Shown: positions 1 through 12,589 of the stretch, in pieces | Position numbering within the stretch: the first letter of the stretch is position 1 | Layout of the letters: each line of letters opens with the position of its first letter | The notes under the pieces: generated by a model | The model's database searches: none | What the model saw: the letters and a program-made list of their open reading frames with translations, nothing else | Told to the model about the DNA's origin: nothing | DNA from: Hypanus sabinus | Lineage: Eukaryota | Reading direction: 5' to 3' | Length of the DNA: 64,000 nt | NCBI RefSeq assembly: GCF_030144855.1 | Contig: NC_082717.1 | Coordinates: 13,268,001-13,332,000, forward strand | Program-made: the position numbers and the translations under genes

Positions 1-180
1 AACCGGCTAAAATATGAAATAGATGACGGAGAAGCCGAATGCACGCCAACAGTCACTAGCGGACACAGCTGCATCATTTCAGACTGCTCACGCTGTGAGC
101 TTCAAACCCGCAATAAGTGCCAATGTCCCCTGCAATAATCTGAACTCGAGCTTTTCCCCTGCCCTCACGATAACCGCACA

Positions 181-222
181 ACAGCCCTTTCACAGACACT
201 GTGAGCGGCTCTTAAAAGAGCC
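181..222 (-). terminator. H2A histone 3' stem-loop plus histone downstream element (U7 site)
   Basis: Minus strand reads CCCAAA-GGCTCTTTTAAGAGCC (207-222)-GCTCA, followed by purine-rich GAAAGGGCTGT (181-191). Confidence 0.93.
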
Positions 223-251
223 TTTGGGTCACTGGGTCAGAATCTGTCGCT

Positions 252-767
<516 letters not shown>

Positions 768-1577
768 TCATTCACCACTCAGGAGACAGCAACAGCAGAA
801 GCGCGAAAACTAACCGCTCATTTCCTAACAAAAATGAAATTTGAAAAAGCCCGCCAAAATCCTTTGTTCAAACCTAATCTAAATTCAAATTATTCCAGAT
901 CCGTTTGTCCTCTTATCCACCCCATTACTGAAGTCCGGTACTTTACATTTAACATATGTGTAGTTGATATTGAAACCGGGTCTGAGGATTTAATTGGCCG
1001 AAATCTTTCTATTCATAAACGCTCTGAACAAAAAAAATAATTTCTCACCTTCTGCTGCGGTCGGTCATTGTGTGAACCTGATCAGGATATGAACAGATCG
1101 CTCTTCTCAGTTGAGACTGGAGTTTAGCCCGTAGTAATTACATGATTCAATTACATTATTCAATTCCATAGATGCTGCCTGACCCGCTGAATTCCTCCAG
1201 CATTGTGTTGTTCTGCACCGGCAAAATATCTTGTATATCTGTAAAATAACCGCGAACCAGGTCATGTCAGGCACTGAAATGGGATTCAATTAAATTGCCA
1301 AAATGGGCCAGAAATTAATAAACCACATTCCCCACCGCCATTAAATCAGAAACAGTGATTATCCGCTTCAAAGATACGATTTTAATAACCGGGAGAGACA
1401 GGAGATTTCCGTGTGTGTAGTAGAAAGAATGTAACAAAGACCTCGGGATTATATCGAACAGTCGATTGATTAACATGGATAGAATCTGAATTAGCTCATA
1501 CAAAAAGGAAACGAATTTCCAGATTTACTTCAATTCAATGGCTTTGGGGCACTGATTAATGCTAAATATTACATATT

Positions 1578-1617
1578 AACTCTTTCAGTGAATCTGTGAG
1601 TGGCTCTTAAAAGAGCC
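1578..1617 (-). terminator. H2B histone 3' stem-loop plus HDE
   Basis: Minus strand reads CCCAAC-GGCTCTTTTAAGAGCC (1602-1617)-ACTCA, then GAAAGAGTT (1578-1586). Confidence 0.93.
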
Positions 1618-1649
1618 GTTGGGTTTCCGCTTTGTTCTGTCCGCACTCT

Positions 1650-2024
1650 TCACTTGGAGCTGGTGTACTTGGTCACCGCCTTTGTCCCTTCCGACACGGC
1701 GTGCTTGGCCAGCTCCCCGGGGAGCAGCAGGCGCACGGCGGTCTGGATCTCCCGGGAGCTGATGGTCGATCGCTTGTTATAATGAGCCAGCCGGGAAGCC
1801 TCGCCCGCGATGCGCTCGAAGATATCGCTGACGAACGAGTTCATGATGCTCATGGCCTTGGAGGAGATGCCGGTGTCGGGGTGAACCTGCTTCATCACTT
1901 TGTAGATGTAGATGGAGTAACTCTCCTTCCTCACCCTCCTGCGTTTCTTGCCGGACTTGCCCGATGGTTTGGGCAAAGCTTTCTTGGCGCCCTTCTTGGG
2001 AGCGGATTTCTGCGCCTCGGGCAT
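1650..2024 (-). CDS. H2B: Replication-dependent histone H2B (124 aa)
   Basis: [12 protein letters not shown]...[26 protein letters not shown]...AVTKYTSSK*. Intronless, with a downstream stem-loop. Confidence 0.97.
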   Translation of the reverse strand: MPEAQKSAPKKGAKKALPKPSGKSGKKRRRVRKESYSIYIYKVMKQVHPDTGISSKAMSIMNSFVSDIFERIAGEASRLAHYNKRSTISSREIQTAVRLLLPGELAKHAVSEGTKAVTKYTSSK

Positions 2025-2077
2025 TTCAGCAGTCGGTTCTAGACGGTGAAATGAACAAAATCCCCTCGGAGCGCGGA

Positions 2078-2209
2078 TTAAATAGACAGCTGTAAGGGCG
2101 GGAAACCCGTGTGCTTTGGAGAAACAATTCGCCCATCAGATTTATTCCGACGTATGCTTGATTGACTATCAGAGAGAAACGTAACGTAATCGTTTGCTGT
2201 ACCAATCAG
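2078..2209 (-). promoter_or_regulatory. H2B proximal promoter (TATTTAA, GC box, CCAAT)
   Basis: TATTTAA on the minus strand at 2078-2084, GGGCGGG at 2096-2102, CCAATCAG at 2202-2209. Confidence 0.55.
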
Positions 2210-3059
2210 AAACCGCACCCACGACCCAGTGCCCGTTGGGATAACAATGCAGACTGGGAACCGTGTCGATCAGTTCAGTTGTCGGTGACATTTAATGCGG
2301 CAGAGAGAGGTTTGGAGCTGAAACTAAAATAAGAAAGATGTATTTTTTAAAAAGCAGACAATCAGGTGAAATGTTGTAAAGTTATACTCTTAAGTCGTTT
2401 ATTTCACAACCCAGGGCAGCAAGAGGCCGAATCAGAGAGTTAGCCATTTCGATGTACAGTTCAAAGCCGAGTTTATTTTCATGGGTACAAGGAGTCTGCA
2501 CATTTGAAATGAAAAACGTACAGCATCACAGGCACACAGCATCAGAACACAACATTCACAAGAAACAGGGAAATTAAACATTAATTATGCAAGGAAGACG
2601 ACAATCTGAACAAAATTAAAACAAAAGTCACTGCAGTATAAAGTAGTTGTAGTGTTGGTAGTGATGAGGTTACTTTCAGAACTGAGTGGGTGAAGGGAAG
2701 TAGCTATTCTTGATCTCATGGCGTGGGGCTTCAGGCTTCTGGACCTCCTGCTCAGCGTCAGCTGCTGGTTCTTCATTGAAATGAGAGGGAGGGAAACACA
2801 GTTATCACAGGTAAATAAGGTGGTGGTAAAGATAGGGAAATCCGTTCAAACGGATGTTGTTTATAAAGACAGAGATGAGTCAGGATCACCTAATGATTGG
2901 ACTTATTCTGGGAGTAACAAGGAGAAATGGTGCAGAGTTACATAGAGCACAGACTGTACAGCACAGAAACAGGCCCTAAAAACAAGCAGCTAAAAAGCAA
3001 ATCACAAACACTAATCCCTCCTTCCTACACAAGGTCACATCTCTCCATCTTCCTTACAT

Positions 3060-3455
3060 CTGGAATTTGGATGAGAGGGGATCTGATTGAAACATATAAG
3101 ATTATTAAGGGATTGGACATGCTAGAGACAGGAAACATGTTCCCGATATTGGGGGCGTCCAGAACCAGAGGCCACAGTTTAAGAATAAGGGGTAGGCCAT
3201 TTAGAATGGAGTTCAGGAAAAACTTTTTCACCCAGAGAGTTGTGGATCTATGGAATGCTCTGCCTCAGAAGGCAGTGGAGGCCAATTCTCTGGATGCTTT
3301 CAAGAAAGAGTTTGATAGAGCTCTTAAAGATAGTGGAGTCAAGGGATATGGGGAGAAGGCAGGAGCAGGATTGTGATTGTGGATGATCAGCCATGATCAC
3401 GTTGAATGGCGGTGCTGGCTCAAAGGGCCGAATGACCTACTCCTGCACCTATTGT
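3060..3455 (+). mobile_element. 5'-truncated young CR1 3' end
   Basis: MRGDLIETYKIIKGLD...RTRGHSLRI...FFTQRVVDLWNALP, then a CR1 3'UTR ending in ctattgt. Same family as the copies at 31.9 and 35.9 kb. Confidence 0.9.
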
Positions 3456-4540
3456 ATCCATGTGCCTATCCAAATGTCTCTTAAAAAGCTCTAATGTATT
3501 TGCTTCTACCATCATGCCAGACAGCGCATTCCAGGCATCCACTATTCTCTGAGTAAAAAACTTACCTCTCACATTCCTTTGAATTTACCTCCTCTCACCT
3601 TAAATGCATGCCATCTGGTATTAAACATTCTGCCCTGGGAAAAATAATGGCCCTGTCCACTCTATCTAAGCTTCTCAAAATATTATTAACCTCTATTAGA
3701 TCACCCCTCAGCATCCGCCACTCCAAATAAAAACAACCCAAGTTTGTCCAGCCCCTCATGATAGGCCTCTAAACCAGACAGAATCCTGGTAAATCTCTTC
3801 TGTATCTTTGTCAAAGCTTCAACATTCTTCTTATAGAGGAGCCACCAGAACTGTACGCAATACTGCAAGATGTGGCCTAACCAGAGTTCCATAAAGTTGC
3901 AATATAACCTCTTGACTTCTGAAATCAATATGTCCACTAATAAAAGCAAGCCTCCTTAGCCACCCTGTTGATCTGTGTCGCCACTTTCAACGAGCTATGA
4001 ACTTGGAACCCAAGAACTTTCTGCTCAGCAACACTGAGCCTGAACAGTGTACTGACTCCTTGCATTTGGCCTATCAAGATGAAACACTTCACACTTATCT
4101 GCATAAAACTCCATCTGCCATTTCTCTGCCCATATCTGTAACTGATCCATGTCACGTTGTGTACTTTGCCAGTCTTCTACACTATCCACAACTCCACCAA
4201 GCTTGGTATCAGCCACAAACTTACCAACCTACACATCTACTTTTTCATCCAAATCATTTATGTGCATTACAAACATCAGAGGTCCCAGCACAGAAAGCCC
4301 TGTGGAAGGCCAGTTTGATTAAGTCCCTTCGATCACTACCCTCTATCTTCTATGTGCAAGCCAGTTCTGAATCCAAACAGCCAATTTGGTACAACCCCAT
4401 GCATCTTGATCTTCTGGACTAGCCTCCTATGAAGGGACTTGTCAAACGCCTTACTAAAATCCATGTAGACAACATTCATTGCTCTACCTTCATCAATCTC
4501 TTTTATCACCTTGTCAAAAAACTCAATCAACTTGGTACTA

Positions 4541-4679
4541 AAATTGCAAAGACGGGGAAATCTGCAGATGCTGGAAATTCAAGCAACACATACAAAATGC
4601 TGGTGGAACGCAGCAGGCCAGGCAGCATCTTTAGGAAGAAGTACAGTTGACGTTTCAGGCCGAGACCCTTCGTCAGGAC
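4541..4679 (-). mobile_element. Penelope-like solo terminal repeat (pLTR) with hammerhead motif and 14-bp TSD
   Basis: Flanked by TCAACTTGGTACTA at 4527-4540 and 4680-4693. Sequence matches the tail of the PLE at 6345-7157. Confidence 0.8.
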
Positions 4680-6344
4680 TCAACTTGGTACTACACGACC
4701 TTCCCCATACAAAGCCATGCTGGCTGTCCTCAATTAGGCCAGCGGTTCCAAATGCTCAAATATCCTATCCCGAAGAATTTTCCAGCATCCACATCTCGTG
4801 TCCCCAACAGAGGGACTTGGTGGTGCCAGCGGCATCTGTGGAGGAAGAGGGACAGTCAATGTTAGAACCCTGTGTAAGGACAGAGAGTGGACGGAAACGT
4901 AGTAATCTGTGTGATCGGCTCAGAAAAGGGGCTGGTGCTGCGATAGGAGAATCAGCCTGAGTCTCTGGAGTGCAGTGAGAATGGGATGAGATAGGGAGAG
5001 GGGCATCTAGGATGTGAAAGTGGGGGAGAGCAGATCAGAATGCAAAGAATGGCGTCGTTGGCGAGCATGATTACGAAGATTTAAAACTTGGAAGAATCGC
5101 ACAAAGTGTAATTTTCAGCGCCTAATCAAAAGGGGTAAGAATTTTCTTTTATGTTCCAATTGGTCAGACAGAAAACTAGTTCTGGCTTCTACATCATCAG
5201 CTGGGAGTTAGGAGTAAGGAGCTAACTTGCCATTTTGAAAAGAGATCTGTAAAAAAAGAAACATAAACTGGTAGAGCCACGTACAAATCGGTAGAGTGCC
5301 AATTAAATATGGAAGCCGGTAAAGCCTCAAAAGTTAAACTCGTACAAGCACGGATAAAAAGATAATAATTTCGTGGGAGCCAGTAGAGTGCATGAGAAAA
5401 TTTAAATGTGTGCAAGCTTGCAGCAGAGCAAGGGGAAAAGAATAAATTCGGGTTATTTCGAGATTGCAGTCAAATAAAATGTAACAATTAAAATCGGATC
5501 AAAAACAATGGCCAAAGTCGTGAAACCAACTACAGAATCTCCATTTACACGCAGATAATTGAATTCCTATCATATAAAACATTCCAGATTGATAAAGTTA
5601 ACGAAAGGGGACCATCAATGTGGAATCTACTGAAACAAGTCTCCTAGATGATATTGTGTAATTGCCTGCTACTGATTTAGAGTGTTTAATGAGTGTGAGG
5701 GATCAAAAGAGTTAACTAATCAAAAGGAACGCAAAATTTGGGATTAACTACAAAACCATAATGATAGAGGCAGAAAAAAAGTCTAAAGAGCATTAACTGA
5801 ATGAGCGAAAGAACAACGCATTAATTCAACTGAGTGCATCGTCCAGAGCTCAGAAGCAGACTAAAACAAAACCGGAAACTGCAACCGTGATTTCAAGTGG
5901 GCGGTCCAGCCTGTGACACTGGTGACTCTAGAGACGCCTAAGCTGTGCCCTGGGAAACATCTTCTGGATTTCCACCAAAGGATTTCTGGAAACAGCGACA
6001 CTATCCAAATTCCAAAGAATTACAACCTACGTTGAAAAATCTACCAAATACAGTGACACCTTCCGAACTCTGAGAAATTACAGCCTCCAACAAACAGTCT
6101 CCCAATACAGCGCCTTCATCCATACTTCGGAGAATTACGTTAGACAGCCTCTCAACACAGCGACACCATCTGACCTCCAAGGACGTACAGCAAGGACATG
6201 CCATGGACTTTACAGCGGCCCCAAGCGACTCAAGTCAGCATGGTTGTAATGAAATAATTATTGACGGCAATGTCACAGCTTGTTCCAGGTAAACACCAAG
6301 GGAGCAAACACACGCAGGACTGAAGATGAATACATTTTTAAACA

Positions 6345-7157
6345 AAGAGCAGAAAATCTGCAGATGCCCTACAGATAATACACACAAAACGTTGGCCAGG
6401 CTGCATCTATGAAAAAGAGTACACTGTCGACGTTTCAGGCCGAGACCCTTCATCAGGACTGGAAAGAAGAGTAAGGAGGTGGGAGGAGGGGAAGAAGAAA
6501 CCGGGAGAGGGGGATGGGTGAAGTAAAGAATTGGGAAGTCGATTGGTGAAAGAGATAAAGGGCTGGAGAAGGGGGAATATGATTGAGAACAGGTCATGAA
6601 AGAAAGAAAAGGGGGGAGGAGCAGCAGAGGGAAGTGATTGACATGTAAAGAGATACGGGAATGGTGAAGGGGAGGGATGTTCGTGCCTTCAGGTTGGAGG
6701 CTACCTAGACGTAATATAAGGTTTTTCTCTTCCAAGTCCACGTAGCTGTGAGAATTGGTGGGTTTATAAAAGATGTCAGTAGATAAACTAAGTCCAGAGA
6801 TAGATACGAGAGATCGAGAAAGGGAAGGAAGGTGTCTGAAATAGACCAGGTAAATTTGAGGGCAGGGTAGAAGTTGGAGGCACAGTTGATGAAGTTGGCG
6901 AACTTGGCACAGGTGCAGGAAGCGGCACCAATGCAGTTGTCGATGTAGCGTAGGAAAAGCTGGTGAATGATACCAGTGTCGGCTTGGAACACAGACTGCT
7001 CCACATAGCCGACAAAAAAACAGGCATAGCGGGGGCCCATGTGAGTGGCCATGGCTGCACCTTTTGTTTGAAGGAAGTGGGAGGAGCCAATGGAAAAATT
7101 ATTGAGAGTAAGGATTAGTTCCGCCAACAGGGTAAGAGTGGTGATGGAAGGGAACTA
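6345..7157 (-). mobile_element. Penelope-like element fragment (RT core plus pLTR), internally deleted
   Basis: ORF 6705-7127 contains PLE RT motifs FLQTKGAAMAT, FLRYIDN, LKFT and LPFLD. It is followed by a pyrimidine-rich tail and a hammerhead motif at 6425-6460. Confidence 0.85.
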
Positions 7158-8111
7158 GTGGAAGGATTGACAAGCAGTGGCAGATCCATCCAACTATTGC
7201 TCAACAATCTGCTGGAAGACAGTAAGCTTTCAGATGACCCTGTGACTGTCAAAGAAGAAAATCTCAAAGCGTATCAAACTTTAAAGGTGATGTTGTGCAC
7301 TGCACCTGCATTAAGAATCTCTGATATATGTAGACAATTCATCCTGTATGTTAACAAGAAACACATGAGGGCAGTTTTCATTCAAGAACTTGGAGACTGA
7401 CAGTGTCCTGTTGGTTAATATTTTGTCAAAGATCTGATTCGGTACACTGATGGCTCCTGGATGACTGAGAGAGGAAGTGAAATGGTTGTTTCTGGAACTA
7501 AATTGCAGGCATCATCAGGAAGCATGGCTCCTGGTACCTCTGTGCAACAGGTAGAACTAAGAGCTCTGATTGAAGCCTGTAAGTTGGCAAAAGGAATATC
7601 AGCTAATATTCACACTGATTTTCAGTATGATTTTGTGATTTTGGAAACTTGTAGAGACAAAGGGGATTTCTTACAACTGTAGGATCCCAATCAAGAATGG
7701 CCAACTAGTACAAGACTTGTGGATGTCATACAACTGCCATCAGAAGTTGCTGTATTAAAATGTAAAAGCCCCTCCAAAATGACTAGAATGGGAAGACATG
7801 GAAATACATTTGTGGATGAAATTGAGGAAAAGGCAGCATAAGACAAAGTGAAAGTTAAAAAGGTCAAAGAATTGGAGGAAGTACTGAGAATATATACAGT
7901 GAACCCTACAAATGGAATTATGGAAACAAAGTTGGACTCTCTATCGTAGATGAGCATTGAAGATAATCGAGTGATGCAAGCTCGTTGCTCTAACCAGGAA
8001 AAGTGGTTCTAGGTGGAGAATTGTGAGAGGTTAAACAGAGATGGAACATGGAGAAATGGCATTAGTTGTAGACGAACAGCCCCAACTACATTGCTTCCTT
8101 ATCTGGCACAA

Positions 8112-8523
8112 GAAGTCATGGCTATCCTTCGAGGTCGAGGATGATGGTCTTCGTTCCGTTTCCACAGAGCGAAGACGCCTGTGCTTGTATTTGTTTAACG
8201 TGAACTTGATGTTGCACTCCAAGAAGCAGACGATACTTCACAAACCAACCAAATGATTCCAATGGCATGGAAACCACAACGATTGGAGCTGATGGATTTG
8301 TTGCAGCCTTCATCCACCTTCACAGCTGTTGACTTTGAAGTAACTTCGTCCGCCTGTTCCACCGTTGAGGTCTTAGTTGGATTGTTCTTTGTCAGGGACC
8401 TCACCCTTGACCTTACCGGCATGGGTGGCCCTACCAGGAGCATAGTACCAGACGGCATCACTCTCGGGATCTCAGGACCACACAAGCTTCCCCACCACAA
8501 CAAGGTAACAATCCACGGAGAAG
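8112..8523 (-). mobile_element. Short retroposon (RTE-like 5' derivative) inserted in the ERV integrase
   Basis: GGCACAA is duplicated at 8105-8111 and 8524-8530. Removing the insert restores PYLAQQVHSLEHIG. A related sequence lies at ~40150-40540. Confidence 0.6.
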
Positions 8524-9698
8524 GGCACAACAGGTACACTCACTAGAACACATTGGAGTGGAAAAGATGATTAACGGATTCTCCCAGTGATGGTGGAATC
8601 CAAAGTTCAGGGCACAAACTTGACAAATGTTTGAAAGGTGCATGATATTGCCAGAAAAAGAATCCTAGAGCAGCGGAAATTTTACCACAATTTTCTCCAG
8701 CCCCACCTGATCCATTTTTACACTTAATAGTGGATTACCTTTCTTTACCAACGTGTCAGGGGTACTCAGACATACTGGTAATAGTGGACAAGTTTTTAAG
8801 ATGGATGGGAGCTATTCCAGCAAGGAAGGCCACTGCCACACACAGCAAAAACTCTGATCAAGGACTATATTCCTAGTAAATGTGGATTGCCATTTTACAT
8901 TGTCTCATTGCCTCTGACCAAGGAACACATTTCAATGGAAGTGTTTGTCAGGAATTATGTGAACTGATGATGGATTTTTCATTGTCCACATCTTCAGGAA
9001 AAGTTGAACAATGAATGGAATTAGAAAAAACAAATACTGACTAAATATCACGAGGAAGGCATACCATGGCCTACCCTGGTCTTGTGTAGCAACAGAGCAA
9101 CCCCAAACAAGAAAACTAAACTTATCCGTTTGAGGTGGTAACAGGACATCCTATGTCACTGCTGGGAGCTCTTGATCTCAGAAAGGCTGATAGACACATT
9201 ATGACAGACAGCGTGGTTAACTATTGTGTGAAATTAACCCCAGCTGTCTAGACTGCATCTCAACAGGTTTCTGTCACTTGGAGTAATCCAACAGTAGGAG
9301 AACACACCCTGATTCCTGGTGAGTGGGTTGTGATTAAGGAACCACTGGGAGCTCAATGGGAAGGTCCTTATCAAGTGTTCCCAACTCAACAGTGAAAGTA
9401 GAAGGTAAATGTAAGTGGATATATGCCAGCCAGTGCACGTGAGCTAAAGTGGTACTCAATGAAAATGACGAGCTCTATGGTTAATGTGCTAGTAACCTCC
9501 ATCACATTGCCTACACTGCTGAGCTACAGTCAGCAAATCACTAACCAGCCAGAAGACTTCAAGCAAGTCAACAACTACTAGAAGTTATGAAGTTTATTGT
9601 AACTTAATTTGATGGTGTTATATTTTTGCCAATTTTCCCCAACTCATAATATGCCAGTTGAGATGATTCATAAGGCACCCTGGGAAGTCTAGACTGTC

Positions 9699-10115
9699 TT
9701 ACGCAGAGAGGTTAGAGAGACTGGGCTTGTACACGCTGGAATTAAGGAGATTGAGAGGGGATCTGATTGAAACATATAAGATTATTAAGGGATTGGACAA
9801 GATAGAGGCAGGAAATATGTTCCAGATGCTGGGAGAGTCCAGTACCAGAGGGCATGGTTTGAGAATAAGGGGTAGGTCATTTAGGACAGAGTTAAGGAAA
9901 AACTTCTCCCGGAGAGCTGTTGGGGTCAGGAATGCACTGCCTGGGAAGGTAGTGGAGGCCAATTCTCTGGATGCTTTCAAGAAGGAGCTAGATAGGTATC
10001 TCGTGGATAGGGTAATCAAGGGATATGGGGACAAGGCAGGAACTGGGTATTGATAGTAGTTGATCAGCCATGATCTCAAAGGGCCGAATGGTCTACTTCT
10101 GCACCTATTGTCTAT
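9699..10115 (+). mobile_element. 5'-truncated CR1 3' end
   Basis: YTLELRRLRGDLIETYKIIKGLD..., with tail ctattgtctatt. Confidence 0.9.
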
Positions 10116-10189
10116 TAGAGATTATCAGAAAAAATATTACAACTCAACCACTAAAAGTGCACAGCATTACCTACATACAAAGTCAAGAA

Positions 10190-10822
10190 TCACAAGGTTG
10201 AGCATGGTGAGTTCTGGATACTTCAATGCAAGGAGTACTGTAGATGAGCTAAGGGCATGGATCAGCACGTGAAATTATGACATTGTAGGCATTAGTGAGA
10301 TTTGGTTGCAAGGGGTAGGATTGGCAGCTCATTGTTCTGGAGTTCCTTGGTTTTAAATGTGATAGAGTGGGGGGGATTAAAGGTGGACAGTTGGCATTAC
10401 TAATCAGGGAAAATGTCACGGCAGTGCTCAGTTAGGACAGACTGGAGAGCTTGTCTAGTGAAGCTTTATGGGTGGAACTGAGGAATAAGAACAGTATGAC
10501 CACCCAAATGGGATTATATTATCGACCACCCAGGATTTATAGCAGTAAGTTTGTAGATGAATCACAGACTTGCAACAAGCATGAGCTTATGATAGTAGGT
10601 GATTTTAACTTTCCAAATATTGTTTGGGACTCCCATACTGTAAAAGGGCTGGGTGGCATACAGCTTGTCAAATGTGTTGAGAGAAGATTCCTTAATCAAT
10701 AAGGTTCCAACTAGAGGGACTGTGACTAGGTCTCCTATTAGGGAGTAAGGCAGGGCAGATCACAAATGGTTATGTAGGGAAACACTGTGCATCTGCTGAC
10801 CATAATGCATTAGTTTCAATAT
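10190..10822 (+). mobile_element. CR1 ORF2 APE-endonuclease fragment
   Basis: YFNARS, EALWVELRN, GLYYRPP and IVGDFNFPNI motifs. Confidence 0.8.
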
Positions 10823-11162
10823 CATTATTTAGGTCCTGTGCAGTAGCCCCATTCCCTCATACCAGACAGTGGTGCAGCCTGTCAGAATGCTCCACAGTGT
10901 ATCTGTAGAAGTTTTCGAGTGTGTTAAGTGACAAATCAAATCTCCTCAAACTCCTGAAGAAATATAGCTGCTGTTTTGCCTTCTACATAGCTGCAGCGAT
11001 ATGTTGGGACCAGGTTAGATCCTTAGAGATTGCAACACCCAGGAATTTGAAATTGTTCGCTCTCTCCACTTCTGATCCCTTGTCTTACCCTTCATGAAGT
11101 CCACAATCAGCTCTTTGTTCTTACTGTAAACAAAATTATAGATAATGGAAAAAGCCTACTTG

Positions 11163-11901
11163 TGAAACCCCTCTTTACTGGGCGTCTCTAGAGAAGCAGC
11201 TTGTTAGCCCCTCATTAACAGCCACCGGACTCAGTGGTGAGAAAGTCACCATTCTCAGACCCTGTATATCTAGGGTCGATATGACTTCTGCCAAACCCGT
11301 GAGGCTGTGACGTCTCACCCACCTGAACCCCAATTTGTGTGAATACTGTGTAACTTACTGCCCCAAAGCAATTGCCCATTGACAAGAAATAACAGACTGC
11401 ATACAATTATAAAGAAGGTATATTTATAAATGTTAACACCCAAACAGTTATTAAAGAAAGGAAAAAACAAAAGGGCCCATCATAATTAAATAATCAAATG
11501 TCCACAGTTGGAGTTCAAATTTTCCAGAAGCTGTTGTGTCTGATCTACTCATGGCACCAGCTCATATTCACCGATCCCCAGTAGAAATCCCCCTCTTGGA
11601 CTCCATCAGATCACGCATTCCCACCGGATCAAATCCTGTGGCGGTTCTCTTGGGCTTCTTCACTTTCCATCTCCCGCTGAAAAAGACTTCAACCCACACC
11701 AGTGTCCATCACAAAAATCTCTCCGCCCAGCGTTCTCTAGTAGAACCTTTTCCCAATTGCACTGTCCTGATTGGCTGACATTCCAAACTTGAACAACAGG
11801 GCCACTTATCTTAGCTCAAACCCAAAAAGGCTGAAAGCAGAACAGACTGCTAAAATGAAACACCTACAGCATAGCCATAAAATCTTCACCAGGCCATTAC
11901 A
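11163..11901 (-). mobile_element. Solo LTR (739 bp, probably Gypsy-type)
   Basis: Termini are TG...CA (minus strand TGTAATGG...GGGGTTTCA) with a 4-bp TSD CTTG at 11159-11162 and 11902-11905. Removing it restores the CR1-like sequence aaagcctacttgcatttaccc. Confidence 0.75.
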
Positions 11902-12589
11902 CTTGCATTTACCCTAAGATTAGGTAGACTAGAACTAGAGGTCATAGGTTAAGGGTGAAAGATGAAATGTTTAAGGGGAACATGAGGAGGAACTTCTTTA
12001 ATCAGAGGGTAGTTTGAGTGTGGAACAAGCTGCCAGCTGAGGTGGTGTATTCAGGACCTAAGGGAAATTCAAATAGGTACATGGATGGGAGAGATATAGT
12101 CCATGTGTAGGTTGATGGGACTAGGCAGATTAACAGTTTGGCATGGACTAGATGGGCCAAAAGTCCTGTTTCTGTGCTATAGTGTTCTATGGCTCTACAT
12201 AGATTGATTGTATGTCCATAAAGTGACTCTGACAGGAAATGATAAAATATTAATGGTGGGGTTGGTTAATGGGTGGAGGTGTTGATCAGGCTAAATGCTC
12301 AGGGAAAATAATTGTTTTTGAGTCTGCTGGTCCTGACGTGGATGCTAAGCAGCCTCCTCCCTAATGGGAGTGAAACAAACGGTCCATGAGCATGGTGGGT
12401 GCGATATGCCATGATCTTGCTGGTGGCCCTTTTCCAGTACCTTTCTATATACATGTCCTTGATGGTGGGAAGGCTGATGCCAATGATGTATTGGACAGTT
12501 TGACTACCTGTTGTAGAGCCTTCCTGTAGTTTCAGAACCCATTGTGTGAAATCAGGTTTGTAGGTTCGGCGATGAAGGGATAGAAGATA

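Larger units (their letters stand above)
2940..4785 (-). mobile_element. Decayed CR1 LINE (RT and 3' part), interrupted by a younger CR1 and a PLE solo repeat
   Basis: Minus-strand fragments VVYMDFSKAFDK (4336-4530), ADTKLGGVVDS...WQMEFYADKCEV (4025-4216) and LQYCVQFW (3701-3949). Confidence 0.85.
5050..9698 (+). mobile_element. Decayed class I (gamma/epsilon-like) endogenous retrovirus: leader, gag-like region, 3' pol, start of env
   Basis: RT connection AYQTLKVMLCTAPALRISD...FILYV (~7260). RNase H YTDGS...SVQQVELRALIEACKLAKG...NIHTD (7443-7620). Integrase HSLEH...WWNP...C, HLIVDY, ILVIVDKF, SDQGTHF, WEGPYQV, WIYASQC*, stop at ~9440. Multiple stops and frameshifts; no LTR found. Confidence 0.85.
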
